Assembly (NCBI GenBank): GCA_051294375.1
Contig: CM119269.1
Coordinates: forward strand, 10,770,883 to 10,834,882
Reading direction: 5' to 3'
Source: Paraspadella gotoi
Lineage: Eukaryota > Animalia > Chaetognatha
Length of the DNA: 64,000 nucleotides
Positions 1-17,982 of the stretch are shown here, piece by piece. The notes beneath the pieces were generated by a model. The model was not told the origin of the DNA, made no database searches, and saw only the letters and a program-made list of their open reading frames with translations. The stretch's first letter is position 1. Every line of letters begins with the position of its first letter. The translations under genes were made by a program, and so were the position numbers.

Positions 1-360
1 GAATGGCCTTTAATTTTCCTTAAATAGTCTCGCTCCTGTTCAGAGCTAACTGGTCCGAACCCCTCCCATTCCCGATATTGTTCCTTCTCTTTCCTCATTC
101 CTCCCTTTCTCTCGCCCCTCTTTTTCTATTCCTTTAACCCTTCCAGCTTATTTCCCTATTATTCTATTACCTTATCTCTCATTTTCCTACCACTGTTCCG
201 CTTTATTTTACGCATCGTTCCTTTCTCTATCTCTCTCTCTCTCTCTTCTCTCTCTCGTTCTCCTCTCTCTCTTCTCCTTCCTCAACTCAACTCAAACCTA
301 TTCGTTGCCATTTTTCTTCGGCGCCGTTTTAAAAACTCGAACGAGGCGACCAGAGGTCAG

Positions 361-397
<37 letters not shown>

Positions 398-589
398 GAG
401 AAGAGGAGAGAGAGAGAAGAAGAGATATGAACGATTAAGCCCTATTTCATAAAGTTCTCTTTGTTTTCTACTCTCTCGTCGCCAAGTCGGTCGTTCGCTC
501 TCACATCATCGGTTCCGTCCATTTATCAAAAAACTCCTTCGCCACTGTTGTTCTGTAATTTTGCTCTCTCTTTGCTCGTAATCTAATCG

Positions 590-945
590 CAAATCTCCAT
601 TGTCTTTGCCTGATCCTTCCCTAAAATCTGCTCGCCAAATCTCCCTTGTCTTTGCCCTGATTCTCCCTAAAATTATGCTCGCAATCTCCCTTGTCTTTTG
701 CCCATGATCCTTCCATAAAATCTGGCTCGCATCGTTCCCCTTGTCTTTGCCCTGATCCTTCCCTAAAATCTGCTCACTAATCTCCCTTGTCTTCGCCCTG
801 ATCCTTCCATAAATCTGCTCGCAATCTCCCTTGTCTTTGGCTGATCCTTCCCTAATCTGCTTGCAATCTCCTTTGTCTTCGCCCTGATCCTTCCCTAATC
901 TGCTCGCAATCTCCCTTGTTCTTCGCCCTGAATCCTTCCCGTAAA
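590..945 (-). repeat. 44-bp minisatellite, short array (inverted)
   Basis: Tandem GCAATCTCCCTTGTCTTTGCCCTGATCCTTCCCTAAATCTGCTC units. Confidence 0.9.
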
Positions 946-1469
946 TTTTCTCAATATCCTTCTTTCATGTATTTCAGCAATTCGGTCATCTTCTCCTTTC
1001 AAGCCTTCTCCTGCATTGCTCCTTTTTTTTTTTATCGTCTTCCTCAATCTCCTGCGAAATCCATCCAGATTTTGATGTGTCTTTTCATCGGAGGCGGCCG
1101 TCGCCTCCTCTACTACTCGGGCCTCCCCTACGGGATCTGGGAGACCGATTCCGATACTACTTGAGATGCTGCTGCATAGTCTATGCAGCCACGGGCCGTA
1201 GGGATGATGGGTGAAAGAGAGGGAGTGGGCATAAATCAGCCGAGTGACTCGGCTGAAATAAAGAAGGGCGAGGCAGGGGGTCCCGCTCTCTTTTGGAAGA
1301 TTGCGAGGGTGTTGCCAAAATTTCGTCCCTCACGCAATTGGTAAGGTCGCTCGCGAAAAAAGTGAGGTTATTTACGAGACTCCGTCTTTGAACCGAGAAA
1401 AGAAAAAATCCCGTTCATCGCGGGAGGGAGAGCGAGAGAGCGAGAGAGGAGAGTTTATGGATGGGGAAG

Positions 1470-1735
1470 AAGGAAATGGAATGAGAAAAAGGGAAAGGAA
1501 ATGGAAAATGGAATGAGAAATAAAATTGGAAGGAATGGAAAATGGAAAAAATGGAATTTGACGAAAAATGAAAAGGAAGAATGGAAAATGAATGAAGAAA
1601 AAGAAGGGAGGAAATGGAAAAATGGATGAGAAAAGAAATTATAATATGGAAAATGTATATTAGATTAAAAAGGGAATGGAAAATGGAAATATGAAGAAAA
1701 GGGAAGAAAATGGAAAAGCCAAATGGAAAAAAGGG
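1470..1735. repeat. Degenerate purine-rich GGAAAAT/GGAAT simple satellite (inverse copies at 10190-10440, 19735-20005, 31285-31550)
   Basis: Repeated ATGGAAA/GAATG motifs. Confidence 0.75.
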
Positions 1736-1936
1736 AATTCCCGGATGATTGGAGGAAAAGTGATTTAAAGAGAGAAGTCGTCGGTCTGGAAAGAAAACTT
1801 GTGGAATTAACTAATTGATTGATTTCTCATTTCATATAACGTTGTTGGCTTAGAGTTATTGAAAATAAAATGAGAAAAGATAAAGGGCATATTAGGAAGC
1901 ATACCGGAAGAGAAGAAACGTGGTTAGGGAAAGGAT

Positions 1937-2014
<78 letters not shown>

Positions 2015-2381
2015 GGATTCTTTAATTCAAGCCTCAACCATTTTTAACTTATAACTCATGATGCAATGATGGAAAAATACCATTCCCTCATTTTTTTCCA
2101 TTACCGCTGCCATTCGCGTCATTCACGACAGAGTATTTAGTTCCTCTTTCTTTTTTTTTATTTTCTCCAAATGATTAATTTCTGGTTTCGAAAAAAGAAA
2201 AGAGAAGAGAAAAAAAAAAAGGACTCAAGTCGCTTCGAATTACGTTCAGAGAACTTTTTTCTTTTTCAATTTTGAGGCCAATAGCAATTAACCTTTCCTT
2301 CTTTCTGTTCCACCTTCCCACCTCCGCCCGCGCCGCCGCTGCTGCTTTCCTGCGCCGCCGCCGCCATCCCCAGGCCGCCAG

Positions 2382-2505
2382 GTGGTCTACTACGTAACGA
2401 GAGATGAAGCTGATAGCTGCGCAAATCGAAGAGCAACTGGGCCACATGCTGCTCCGAACGCCGACTTCGCACCAAAACGCGGAGGCTTGGGACAACCTCT
2501 ACGGG
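2382..2505 (+). CDS. Putative exon VVYYVTREMKLMLQQIEEQLGHMLLDADFAQNAEAWDNLYG (cleaner inverted copy ~9388-9510)
   Basis: CCGCCAG acceptor and strong G/C third-position bias in the 9510 copy. The opposite-strand ORF has a V/L/Q/H-rich shadow composition. No clean donor seen. Confidence 0.4.
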
Positions 2506-4068
2506 GATGCTTTGCGGGGCGAAAAAGGTTGGAGGGAGGGGGGGAACTTGTGGGGGGGGGCTAAGCTGGAAATATTTGGCGTGTCAGGTAGGTGGAAAGT
2601 TGTGGATAAGCTTGTTTGGAAGAGCATCGCGGGCGGTGAAAAAAATGTAATTGTAATTTAATATAACAAATGAGATTAAAGGTATGAATGTAATACCGTC
2701 CTAATTCGCTATTAGAACTCTTTGGGAATAACTGGAAGAAATAGAAAAGGTTGGGTCAACTTTTATGAGGGGAGTACTTCCTTGGCTATTGATGTGACAT
2801 TGCTTGTCCACCATCAACAAAAACGGACTATACGTACACTCCAGACTATCTATCTCTCCAATTCAGTCGGCGTGGGTCTCAACAGCATCCTCTCTCGGTT
2901 TCTCTCTCGCTTCTCTCCTTTCTTTCTTTCTTTTTCTTTTTTCTTTCTGTTCTTATCCTTTCTTTCTTTTTCTTTTCTTTCTTTCTTCTTCTCTTTTTCT
3001 TTCTTTCTTTTTCTTTTCTTTCTTTTCTGTTTTTTAACTTTCTTCTTTTCTCTGTCACTCTCTCTCTAGCTCTCTCTCCTCGTACTCTCCTCTCGTCTAA
3101 CTCTCTCTCCTCTCTCTCTCTTCTCTCTCTTCTCTCTCTCACGCGCGTTCGGCCAAGGGCCAATAACCCGGTTCGGTCCGTTTGTTTTATTGCCTTGGCG
3201 AGGGAGAAGGCCAGCCGGGCTTTCAAGGCTCCTCTCCCTTCTCTCTCTCCACTTGCATCTCGCGCCGCCCCCGCCCCTTCGTGGGAGCGCGTTTTCAGGC
3301 GTTAGGTCGAACGCTTTTCGTGGAGGTGGGGAGGAGGGGGGGAAGCTGATGAGTTGATCGGAGTAGAGAAGGCGGTTCGACGCCGTGTCTGCGGTGCTGC
3401 CGCCGACTTCTGCCGAACCGCCCCCAGTTCGACGACGCCGCTCTCTTTCGGCGTGGCGTTAACGGGGTTCCGAAAAAGAAAGAAGCGAGCGTTAATTTCG
3501 GACCCAAAAAACTTTAGTTGTGGTTTGTTATCGTCGTTTTAATGGTCCGTCGTCGTCGTCGGTCGTCCGTCGGTGTGTCCTCTTTGACGCGGTCGGACGT
3601 CACGAGTTTTGTGTTAGTGCAAAGGATTTTTTCAAACGTCCACTTTTAGTTGAAGCTTAACCACCCAACGTCCCGCTCCATTTTAAAAAAACTCTCTCTT
3701 CTCTTCTTCTCTCTCATCTCTCTCTCTCTCTCGTCTCTTCTATCTCTCTCTTTCGTACAGCCACAACTTCTGCAAATTCTTCTACTCCTCTCTTTTCTCC
3801 TTTTTAATTCTTCTTCCTTTCTCTAAGCCTTTCAGCCACTTCCTTGCTAAAATTCCATTCCTGAACTCTCTCTTTTCTCTTCTCTTTTTCTCTCTTTATT
3901 TTTCTACTCTATCTCTATCTTTCCTTCTCTTTTTGTCTTTCCCTTTTCTTCATTCTTTCTCCCAACTCTAGGTTCCTTTTCTCTTCGTTTCCCTTTGGGC
4001 CCTTAGTCCTCGTCCCTGGGACATCCGTAATCGGAATCGGTTCTTTCTCTCTCTCATCTTCTCTCTCT

Positions 4069-4137
<69 letters not shown>

Positions 4138-4838
4138 CTCTCTCTCCTTCCGAATTCTCTCCCGCTCTTACCTCACACTCTCCTTCTCGCTAGATCCCTC
4201 TCGCTCTCTTCCGCTCTCGGGCGTCCTCTTGCCCTGGGCGGAAAAGGCCAGGTTGCGGTCTGACCCGTCGACGCCCCGCCAATGACAGGTGCCCATTTGC
4301 AGGGGAAATAAAATATTAGGCAAAGTCGCGTCTGGTTCGAGAAGGGAAAAGCGAAGGAAGGAAAGAAGGAAAAGGGAAGTGGAAAAAAAGGAAGTAAGGA
4401 AAGGATTTTATGGTGCGGGGAACAAACGGGGATATTAAGGTCGTAGCAGCGAGGAGAGTAGAGGACGTGGGCGGGTAGGAACGGCGTGAGGGAGAAAGAA
4501 AAGGAAATGTTTTCTGGGCGGATACATAAACAGGAAGTGGGAATTGTTAAAACGGTCAGAGTTGGGGGGGGTCTCGAAAGTTGATTGCGAAAAGTTTTTG
4601 TAGCTTAATTCTGAAGTTTATAGTTTGATCTAAAGAAGAAAAAAACAATAACGATGAATGCCTTTTTTTAAAACAGAGGAGGCCACGTATAAACTGGAAT
4701 AAAATCAGCCTAACACGATCTTAATCTTAAAATATATATATATCATGAATATTCAATTTGCTAAGATTACTTGTTTCGACTATTTTTCTATTTTTATATA
4801 TTTATATATATATAGTATATATATATATTATTATATAT

Positions 4839-4869
<31 letters not shown>

Positions 4870-6206
4870 AGTTTCGCTCATTTGTTTTTCCCTCGTCCCT
4901 CTCATTCTTACCCTTCTTTAATTTTTTTAAATATTTTCCACTTTTTCTTAATCCTTTTTTTTTCTAATCACGTCTATTTAATCATCCTCCTTCGCTGATG
5001 AGACGCCGTTCGAATCGCGCCGCCATTTTTTTCTCCTTTCTAGTCGTCCTCTCTTTTCTTTTTATTCTCTCTTCCTCCCAAAGCGACATCCTTTTGTTTT
5101 TCGATCTTCTTCTCGTCTCTCTCTTTTCTGTCTCTTCGAAGACGCGTTGGTGTGTCGTTGTTGTCCGTCTTCGTTGCCCTGAAATTATCGTCATTGCTTC
5201 GTTGATTTGGATTTCATGGTAACAACGAAAACAACGACGAATGTTCTTGTGGTTCTGAAGTTGATCAGAAATGGCGCCAAATTTTGGAATCGACGGCTTT
5301 CAAATTTATTTTGTTACATTCTTCGGCTCTTCATTGAAGCAAGTTTCAATAGTTTCCGGTCTGCGCCGTCGTCTTCGTCGTCAATCATCGTTTGTTTTCA
5401 TCGTTTGTCAGTCGTCGTCTCGACCTCCGCAGCAACTCACGTGGTTTTGTTTCCCTTGCTCGTCGTCAATTCCTCGGCAGGTGGCTCCACATTCGAAACG
5501 AGTTTGTCGTAACAACGTTGGAATCTGGAGCAGACGGGTCGCGCTGGCCGCAGATTCCAACGTTTACGAAAACTCGGTTTCGAAAATGTGGAGCCACCCT
5601 GCCGGATTGACGACGAGCAAGGGAAACAAAACCACGTAGAGTTTGCTGCGAGGTCGATGACGACGACGACAACCGATGAAAAACAACGAATTGATGACGA
5701 CGAAAGACGACGGCGCAGAACGAAACTTTGAAACTTAGCTTCAATGAAGAGCGAAAGAATGTAACAAAATAAATTTGAATAGCTGTCGATTCCAAAATGG
5801 CGCATTTTCTGATCAACTCAGAAACACAGACATTCTGTTGTTTTGTTTGTTACCATGAATCCAATTTCAAAGAAGCAAATGACGATAAATTTCAGGGCAA
5901 CAGAAGACGACAACAACGACAACCAACCGCGTCTTCGAAGAGAGAAGAAAAGAGAGAGACGAGAAGAAGATGAACAAAAGACTGTCGTCTTTGGGAGGCA
6001 AGAGAAAGAATAAAAAGAAAAGAAGGGACGACTAAAAGGAGAAAAAAAATGGCGGCGCGATTCGAACGGCGTCTCATCAGCGAAGGGAAGGATGATTAAA
6101 TAGACGTCGAATTTAGAAAAAAAAGGATTAAAGAAAAAAGTGGAATTTAAAAAATTAAAGAAGGGTAAGAATGAGAAGGGACGAGGGAAAACAAATGAGC
6201 GAAACT

Positions 6207-6240
<34 letters not shown>

Positions 6241-7825
6241 ATATATATAATATATATATATATAATATATATATGATAAATAATAAAAAATAGAAAAATA
6301 GTGAAACAAGTAAATTTACAAATTTTCNNNNNNNNNNNNNNNNNNNNNNNNNGAGGAGAGATATATCATATAATATATATATATGACTATAATATATACA
6401 GTACCGGGAAACCATAGAATGTCGTTAGAGTCATGTACATGGGAAAACTTTTCCATTATATAGGATGATAATGCTTTAGGGATTTTATAGGAAGTTGCCC
6501 GGTGGCTGGCTTTGCCCATTTTAACAATTTTTCAAAAAAATTAATTTCTAGAAAGGCCACTTAAAAATTGGGTCAAAATTTTTTTTTAAAACTTCGCATA
6601 ACGCTTCAATATATTTTAAATTTTTTTCTTAATAATTTTTGCCAACTTATACTCCAAGAGGGTTGTAAAACTTTCTGTAGAAATATTGTTACTATCAAAG
6701 ATATTTTTTTCCATATTTATCAGTGCTTAATATCTTAGATGGCGTCATTTTTTCAATGATGCCATAAAGCTTCCTTATTTGTGAATATTATGGTTTTTAA
6801 ATTTTAGTAATAGTGGGCCTTGGGTAGTCCACAATACATTAGTAAATTTCAGATCATTTTTTTGAAAAACTTTTTTGACACAGGTCAATTTTTTTTTTAC
6901 AAAATTCGAATTTTGTCAATCCTGCTAAGAATATTATTGCAAATATTTGCTCATTCTTTGCCTATTAAATCAGTTAAAAACATATTTAAATAAGCCTAAA
7001 GCAAAAATTTTTCTCAACATTTTTAAAAAACTCGATTTGCATATTGTTGCATTTTTAAAATTTTGTTAAATTTTTCCACCATTAAAACTAATCCCATTTT
7101 TTTAAATTTGTGGTACACAGATTAATATATAATCAGACATTTAAAATATACCATCAAACCTAATTTTTAAGAAATTTCAAATATTTTAATGTATTTTTAA
7201 ATATATTACTAAAAATTATGATTCTAAATAAAGCAATTTCTGCTAACTTTTTCAAAATATATATATATATTTTAGATTTAAGATCGTGTTAGTCTGATTT
7301 TATTTCCAGTTTTATACGTGGCCGCTCTGTTTTAAAAAAGGCCATTCATGTATTGTTTTTTTCTTTTAGATCAAACTAAACTCAGAATTAAGCTTAAATA
7401 GCTTTTCGGCATCAACTTCGAGACCCCCCCCCAACTCTGACCCGTTTTACATTCCCACTTCCTTTATGTATCGCGCCCAGAAAACATTTTCCTTTTCTTC
7501 TCTCACCCGCTCCCCACTCCTCTGCTCCCCTCGCGTTTCGACCTTAATATCCCCGGTTTTTCCCGCCATAAAATCCTTTTCCTTACTTTCCTTTTTTTTC
7601 CACTTCCCTTTTCCTTCTTTCCTTCCTTCGCTTTTCCCTTTCGAACCAGACGCGACTTTGCCTAATATTTTTTCCCCTGCAAATGGGCACCTGTCATGGC
7701 GGGGCGTCGACGGGTCAGACCGCCACCTGCTTTCGCCCACGGGCAAGAGGATCGCCCGAGAGCGGAGAGAGCGAGAGGGATCTAGCGAGAAGGAGAGCGT
7801 GAGTAAGAGCGGGAGAGAATTCGGA

Positions 7826-7931
<106 letters not shown>

Positions 7932-8845
7932 CCGATTCGATTACGGATGTCCCAGGGAGAGGCTAAGGGCCCAAATGGGAAAACGAGAGAGAAACAGGAA
8001 CCACGAGTGGGAGAAAGAATGAGAAAAGGGAAGACAAAAAGAGAGAGAAAGATAGAGATAGAGAGAAAATTAAAAGAGAAAAAGAGAAAAAGAAAAGAGA
8101 GAGTAGGAATGAATTTTAGCAGAGAAGTGGGCTGGAGAAGGCATTTAGAGAAAGAAAAGGAAAGAGAGAGAGAGAGAGAGAGATAGAGAGAGAGAAAGAG
8201 AGAGTTTTTTTAAATATGGAGCGGACGTGGGTGGTAAGCTTCAACTAAAAGTGGACGTTTGAAAAAATCCTTTGCACAAAACACAAAACTCGTGACGTCC
8301 GACCGCGTGACCAACGACGGACGAACGACGACGACGACCATTAAAACGACGATAACAAAACCACAACTACAGTTTTTTGGCGAAATTAACGCTCTTCCTT
8401 TCTTTTTCGACCCCGTTAACGCCCGCCGAAAGAGAGCGGCGTCGTCGACTGGGGGCGTCGGCAGAAGTCGGCGGCAGCACCGGCAGACACGGCGTCGACC
8501 GCACTCTCTACTCCGATCACTCACAGCCCCCTCCCTCCTCCCCACCTTCCACGAAAGCGTCCGACGCTAACGCCGAACGCGCTCCCACGAAGGGCGGGGG
8601 CGGCGAGATGCAAGTGGAGAGAGAGAGGGAGAGAGAGCCTGAAAGCCCGGCTGGCTCTCCCTCGCCAAGGCAATAAAACAACGACCGACCGGGTTATTGG
8701 CCCTGGCGAACGCGCGTGGAGAGAGAGAAGAGAGAGACAGAGAGAGAGAAGGAGAGAGAGATAGAGAGAGGAGAGACGAGGAGAGAGAGCTAGAGAGAGA
8801 GAAGACAGAAAGAAAAGAAAGAAAGAGAAAAACAGAAAGAAAGAA

Positions 8846-8877
<32 letters not shown>

Positions 8878-9872
8878 AGAAGAAAGACAAGAAAGAGAAA
8901 ACGAAAAGATAAGACGACATCAGAAAGAAAAGCAAAGATAAGAAAAAAGAAAAGAAAGAAAGAAAGAAGAAAGAAAGAAAGAAAAAAGAAAAGAAAGAAA
9001 GAAAGAGAGAGAGAGAGAAACCGAGAGGATGCTGTTGAACCCACGCCGACTGAATGGAGATAGATACTGGAGTGTACGTAGTCGTTTTTTGATGGGGGAC
9101 AAATGTCACTCATCCAAGGAGTCTCCCTCATAAAAGTTGACCCAACCTTTTCTATTCTTCCATTATTCCCAAAGAGTCTAATAGCGAATAGTACGGTATT
9201 ACATTCATACCTTAATCTCATTTGTTATATTAAATTACAATTACATGTTTTTTTCACGCCCGCTGTCTCTTTTCCAAACAGCTTATCCACAACTTTCCAC
9301 CTCCTGACCACGCCAAATATTTCCAGCTTAGCCCCCCCCCACAAGTTCCCCCCCCTCCCCTCCAACCTTTTTCCCCCGCAAATGCATCCCGTAGAGGTTG
9401 TCCCAAGCCTCCGCGTTTTGGGCGAAGTCGGCGTCGAGCAGCATGTGGCCCAGTTGCTCTTCGATTTGCTGCAGCATCAGCTTCATCTCTCGGGTTACGT
9501 AGTAGACCACCTGGCGGCGGGGATGGCGGCGGCGGCGGCAGAAGCAGCAGCGGCGGCGCGGGCGGAGGTGGGAAGGTGGAACAGAAAGAAGGAAAGGTAA
9601 TTGCTATTGGCCTCAAATGAAAAGAAAAAAGTTCTAACGTAATTCGAAGCGACTTGAGTCCTTTTTTTTTTTCTCTCTCTTTCTTTTTTCGAACCAGGAA
9701 ATTAATCATTTGAGAGAAAATAAAAAAAAGAAAGAGGAACTAAACACTCTGTCGTGAATGACGCGAATGGCAGGCGGTAATGGAAAAATGACGGGAATGG
9801 TATTTTTCCATCATTGCATCATGAGTATTAGTTAAAATGGTTGAGCTTGAATTAAAGAATCCTTACTCATGA

Positions 9873-10002
<130 letters not shown>

Positions 10003-11371
10003 TTTCCCTAACCACGTTTCTTCTCTTCCGTATGCTTCCTAATATGCCCTTTTCTTTCTCATTTATTTTTTAATAACTCTAGCCAACAACCGTTATATGC
10101 AAATGAGAAATCAATCAATTAGTAATTCCACAAGTTTCTTCCAGACACGACTCTCTCTTTAAAATCACTTTTCCTCCGAATCATCCGAATTCCCTTTTTT
10201 CCATTTGGCTTTTTCCATTTTTCTTCCCTTTTTTCTCATTCCATTTTCCATTTTCCTTCCCTTTTTTCTAATTCCCATTTTCCACTTTCCTTTCTTTTTT
10301 TCTCATTCCATTTTTCCATTTTCCTTTCTGCTTTTTCTCATTCCATTTTCCATTTTTTCTTTCATTCTTTCCATTTCCCATTTTCCTTCCATTTTTTCAT
10401 TCTTTTCCATTTTCCTTCCCTTTTTTCTCATTCCATTTCCTCTCCCCATCCATAAACTTCTCTCTCGGCTCTCTCGCTCTCCCTTCCCGCGATGTACACG
10501 GGAGTTTTTCGTTTTTCTCGCTTCAAAGACGGGCAGTCTTCGTAAATAACCTCACTTTCGCGGAGCGACCTTACAATTGCGTGGAGGACCGAATTGCAAC
10601 ACCCTCGCAATCTTCCGACAATGAGAGCGGACCCCGACTCGCCCCCTTCCTCTATTTTCGCCGGTCACTCGCTGATTTTCATGTCCCACTCCCTCTCTTT
10701 TCACCATCATCCCCTACGGCCCGTGGCTGCACTGACTATGCAGCAGCATCTTCAAGTAGTATCGGAATCGGTCTCCTCAAGACGTAGGAGGCGCCGAGTA
10801 GAATCAGAGGAGGCGGCGCCGATTGAAAAGACACATCAAAATCTATGGTTCGCAGGAGATTGAGAAAGACGAGAAAAAAAAAAAGTAAGGCATGCAGGAG
10901 ATAAGGCTAAGGAGAAGATGACGAATTGCCCTGAATACATGAAAGAAGGTTATGAGAATTTGAACAGGGCAAGAGGGAGATAAATTTAGGGAAGGATCAG
11001 GGCGAAGGACCAAGGGAGATTGCAAGCAGATTGGGATAGGGCAAGGGATCAAGGGATTGCGGCGATTGGAAGAATCAGAGGGAATAGTGATTGCGAAGCA
11101 TTTAGGAAGGATCAGGGGCAAAGGACAAGGGAGATTGCGAGCAGATTAGGAAAGGATCAGGGCAAAGACAAGGAGATTTGCGAGCAGATTTAGGGAAGAA
11201 TCAGCGGCAAAGACAAGGAGCATGCGAGCAGATTAGGGAAGGACAGGGAAAGACAAGGTGAGATTGCACGAATAGATTACGAGCAGAAGGATGAGAGCAA
11301 ATTACAGACAACACCAGTGGCGAAGACGTTGCAATAATGGACGGAACCATGTGAGAGCGAGACTGACGAAC

Positions 11372-11452
11372 GCACGGCCATCCGAAACACCCCCAGTCCG
11401 CGCAAGCCGGCCGTGGCGACAGAACTTGCACACATGTCACTTCGTGACTGCT
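11372..11452 (-). CDS. Possible WD40-repeat exon fragment, truncated at the palindrome junction
   Basis: After an ..atttacag acceptor the minus strand, with one or two indel corrections, reads HEVTCV.FCRHGRLA.TGG..G.VR. This resembles a WD40 repeat (VxCVxFxxxGxxLATGGxDGxVR). A possible ATG micro-exon with a gtaagt donor lies near 11612-11628. Confidence 0.3.
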
Positions 11453-11971
11453 CTGTAAATTAATATAAAAAGAAACGAATCGATCTGTTCTTTGTAAATT
11501 TTCACCAGGTGCTTTACCACAAAAATGTCATCCCTTTTATAAAAAAAGCGGATTTTTTTCAAAGTCCAAATTGATCGGCGGGGTTTTTCGATTAAAGTTT
11601 TATTTTACTTACAATTCGATACATTCATATTCGAGAAAAAAAATGCCGCAAAACGGAGAACAAAACACGTTAAAAGAATCACAGGAAACAGCCAAACAAA
11701 AGTTAAACGGTATTGCTGATAAATACTAAATAAAACAAACCGCTTCCCATATTATTTCCGGCGCCAAAAGCCTTACAACCCTTGTTAAGTATATAAAAGG
11801 GAACTGAGAGATTCCACTCGCCGCACGGAGACTGTAAGGCGATCCCTCGGGCAGTGTCATCGTACATGATCCTTTAAAGAGAAAAAAAAGAAAACAGACA
11901 GAAACAGACAACAGATATAAGGCCAGCTTTAAATTTGAAAAAAAAAGAAAAAAAAAGAAAAAGCCAATGAC

Positions 11972-12046
11972 ACTGACAACGAGTATCGGTTCTCTTCCTC
12001 CGGACATATCCGTTTCCAAAAAAGAACGTCATGAAAGGTCGATTTG
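11972..12046 (-). promoter_or_regulatory. SECIS element (type II) in TGR 3'UTR
   Basis: Minus strand reads ATGAC-GTTCTTTTTT-GG-AAA-CGGA-TATG-TCCG-GA-GGAAGAGAAC-CGAT. This gives an AUGA/GA core (12032-12029 and 11988-11985), ~10-bp helix II, unpaired AAA and an apical CGGA/TCCG minihelix, ~200 nt downstream of the stop codon. Confidence 0.85.
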
Positions 12047-12232
12047 AAAAGCGACATCGTCGTCTAAGTCATAAAGTTCCAATGTTCCCTTATTTCCCTT
12101 CGTAGTCCCTGTCGCCTTCGTTCGTTCCTGGGCATCCAAAGCCGAGCGCCTTTCGTTTGGTGATGATTTGGCGCCCACCGGATAATTAGGTACCGGGCAC
12201 GAGAGCGCCGACGGCGGCGTCAGGAAGGGAAA

Positions 12233-16904
<4,672 letters not shown>

Positions 16905-17982
16905 TCCCTCCGAGGGCTACCGAACAATTTCGACGAGAGAATCGAGAAAGCGGGAACTTCGCTAAGCGGGAAGGAGCCGTCGAGGCTTCGGTCGAAAACG
17001 AGGCAAGTGAGCCGCGCAGAACTGAAGAAGGAGCGAGTGATCACGAATCAGACACAGGGCTGTCAGTGCGAAAAGAAAAAAAAAAGAAAAGAGAAAGAGT
17101 TGAAAGTTGATAACATTGGAAAGTCTACTCTTTGGTGACAGGCAAGAAATAAACGGTGAAAATTCCACTGAATTGCGAAATTGGGTTTAAATTGAGAAAC
17201 GAACGTAATATGTTTGAAAAGAAGAAAAAACCACCTTAAACGTCGCGTGGGGTTTGGTTTCCCGAAACGCGAGCGATTTAAGGAGAACAGCCAGGGTTTT
17301 TCAAGAAGAAACTATTAGGAAGACGACCAGAATAAACTGCGGATTCATTAATCATGATTGAGAAAGATTTCACGATTGCTCCTACTAAAAAGTATTTCAA
17401 GGTCGATTTTTTGTCAATAAAAAAATAACTATCACAAAAGAAAATAAGAAATACGCGGGCATTAAACTACTAGATTTAATTAATTGTAACTAGATAGCTT
17501 CTCAAAAATCACTAGCTAAAAATAATTGAAGTTATTGAGCGTCGCCAGTAATTAACCCGAAAAATATTACATTACTTAAGTATCGGCCAATACGATAATT
17601 AAAAAAACTTATATACTGAAATCTTTAAATTTTTACATTAAACTTTAAAGCGACTTCATATAATACTCCAACAGACCAACTACAACGCTGCTAATCGGAC
17701 GCTTCAAATAGATCCTTTCGCGTGTTCTATTTAAAAAAATGTCAACATTTTAAACTAGATGGTCAGTAGGAATCGGCCGAGTGCGGCCGGGTAATTAAGA
17801 TTCGAGCGAATTCAGACACGGCGATTTGTTTCCTAATGGAAAAGAGACTGGCTTTCAGACGAAAGCATGCGAAGCTAACAGACGCCAAACGAGAGAACAG
17901 AGGACGCGAGAGTATCACAGGCGTTACATTCGAGGGAAGGTCGCCGGACACGTTTCTCTTTTTCTCATATCACCCGCCAATC

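Noticed and set aside
4994-5030. Hammerhead ribozyme-like CTGATGAGAC..CGAAT
   Set aside because: It has GAAT instead of the conserved GAAA, a weak stem II and no closing stems I/III.
6395-7255. TA-CAGT start suggesting a Tc1/mariner-type element in the unpaired palindrome spacer
   Set aside because: No matching right TIR or transposase similarity seen.
9380-9600. Plus-strand ORF EVVPSLRVLGEVGVEQHVAQLL.. with AG/GT edges
   Set aside because: The composition is typical of an antisense shadow of the codon-biased minus frame; not fully excluded.
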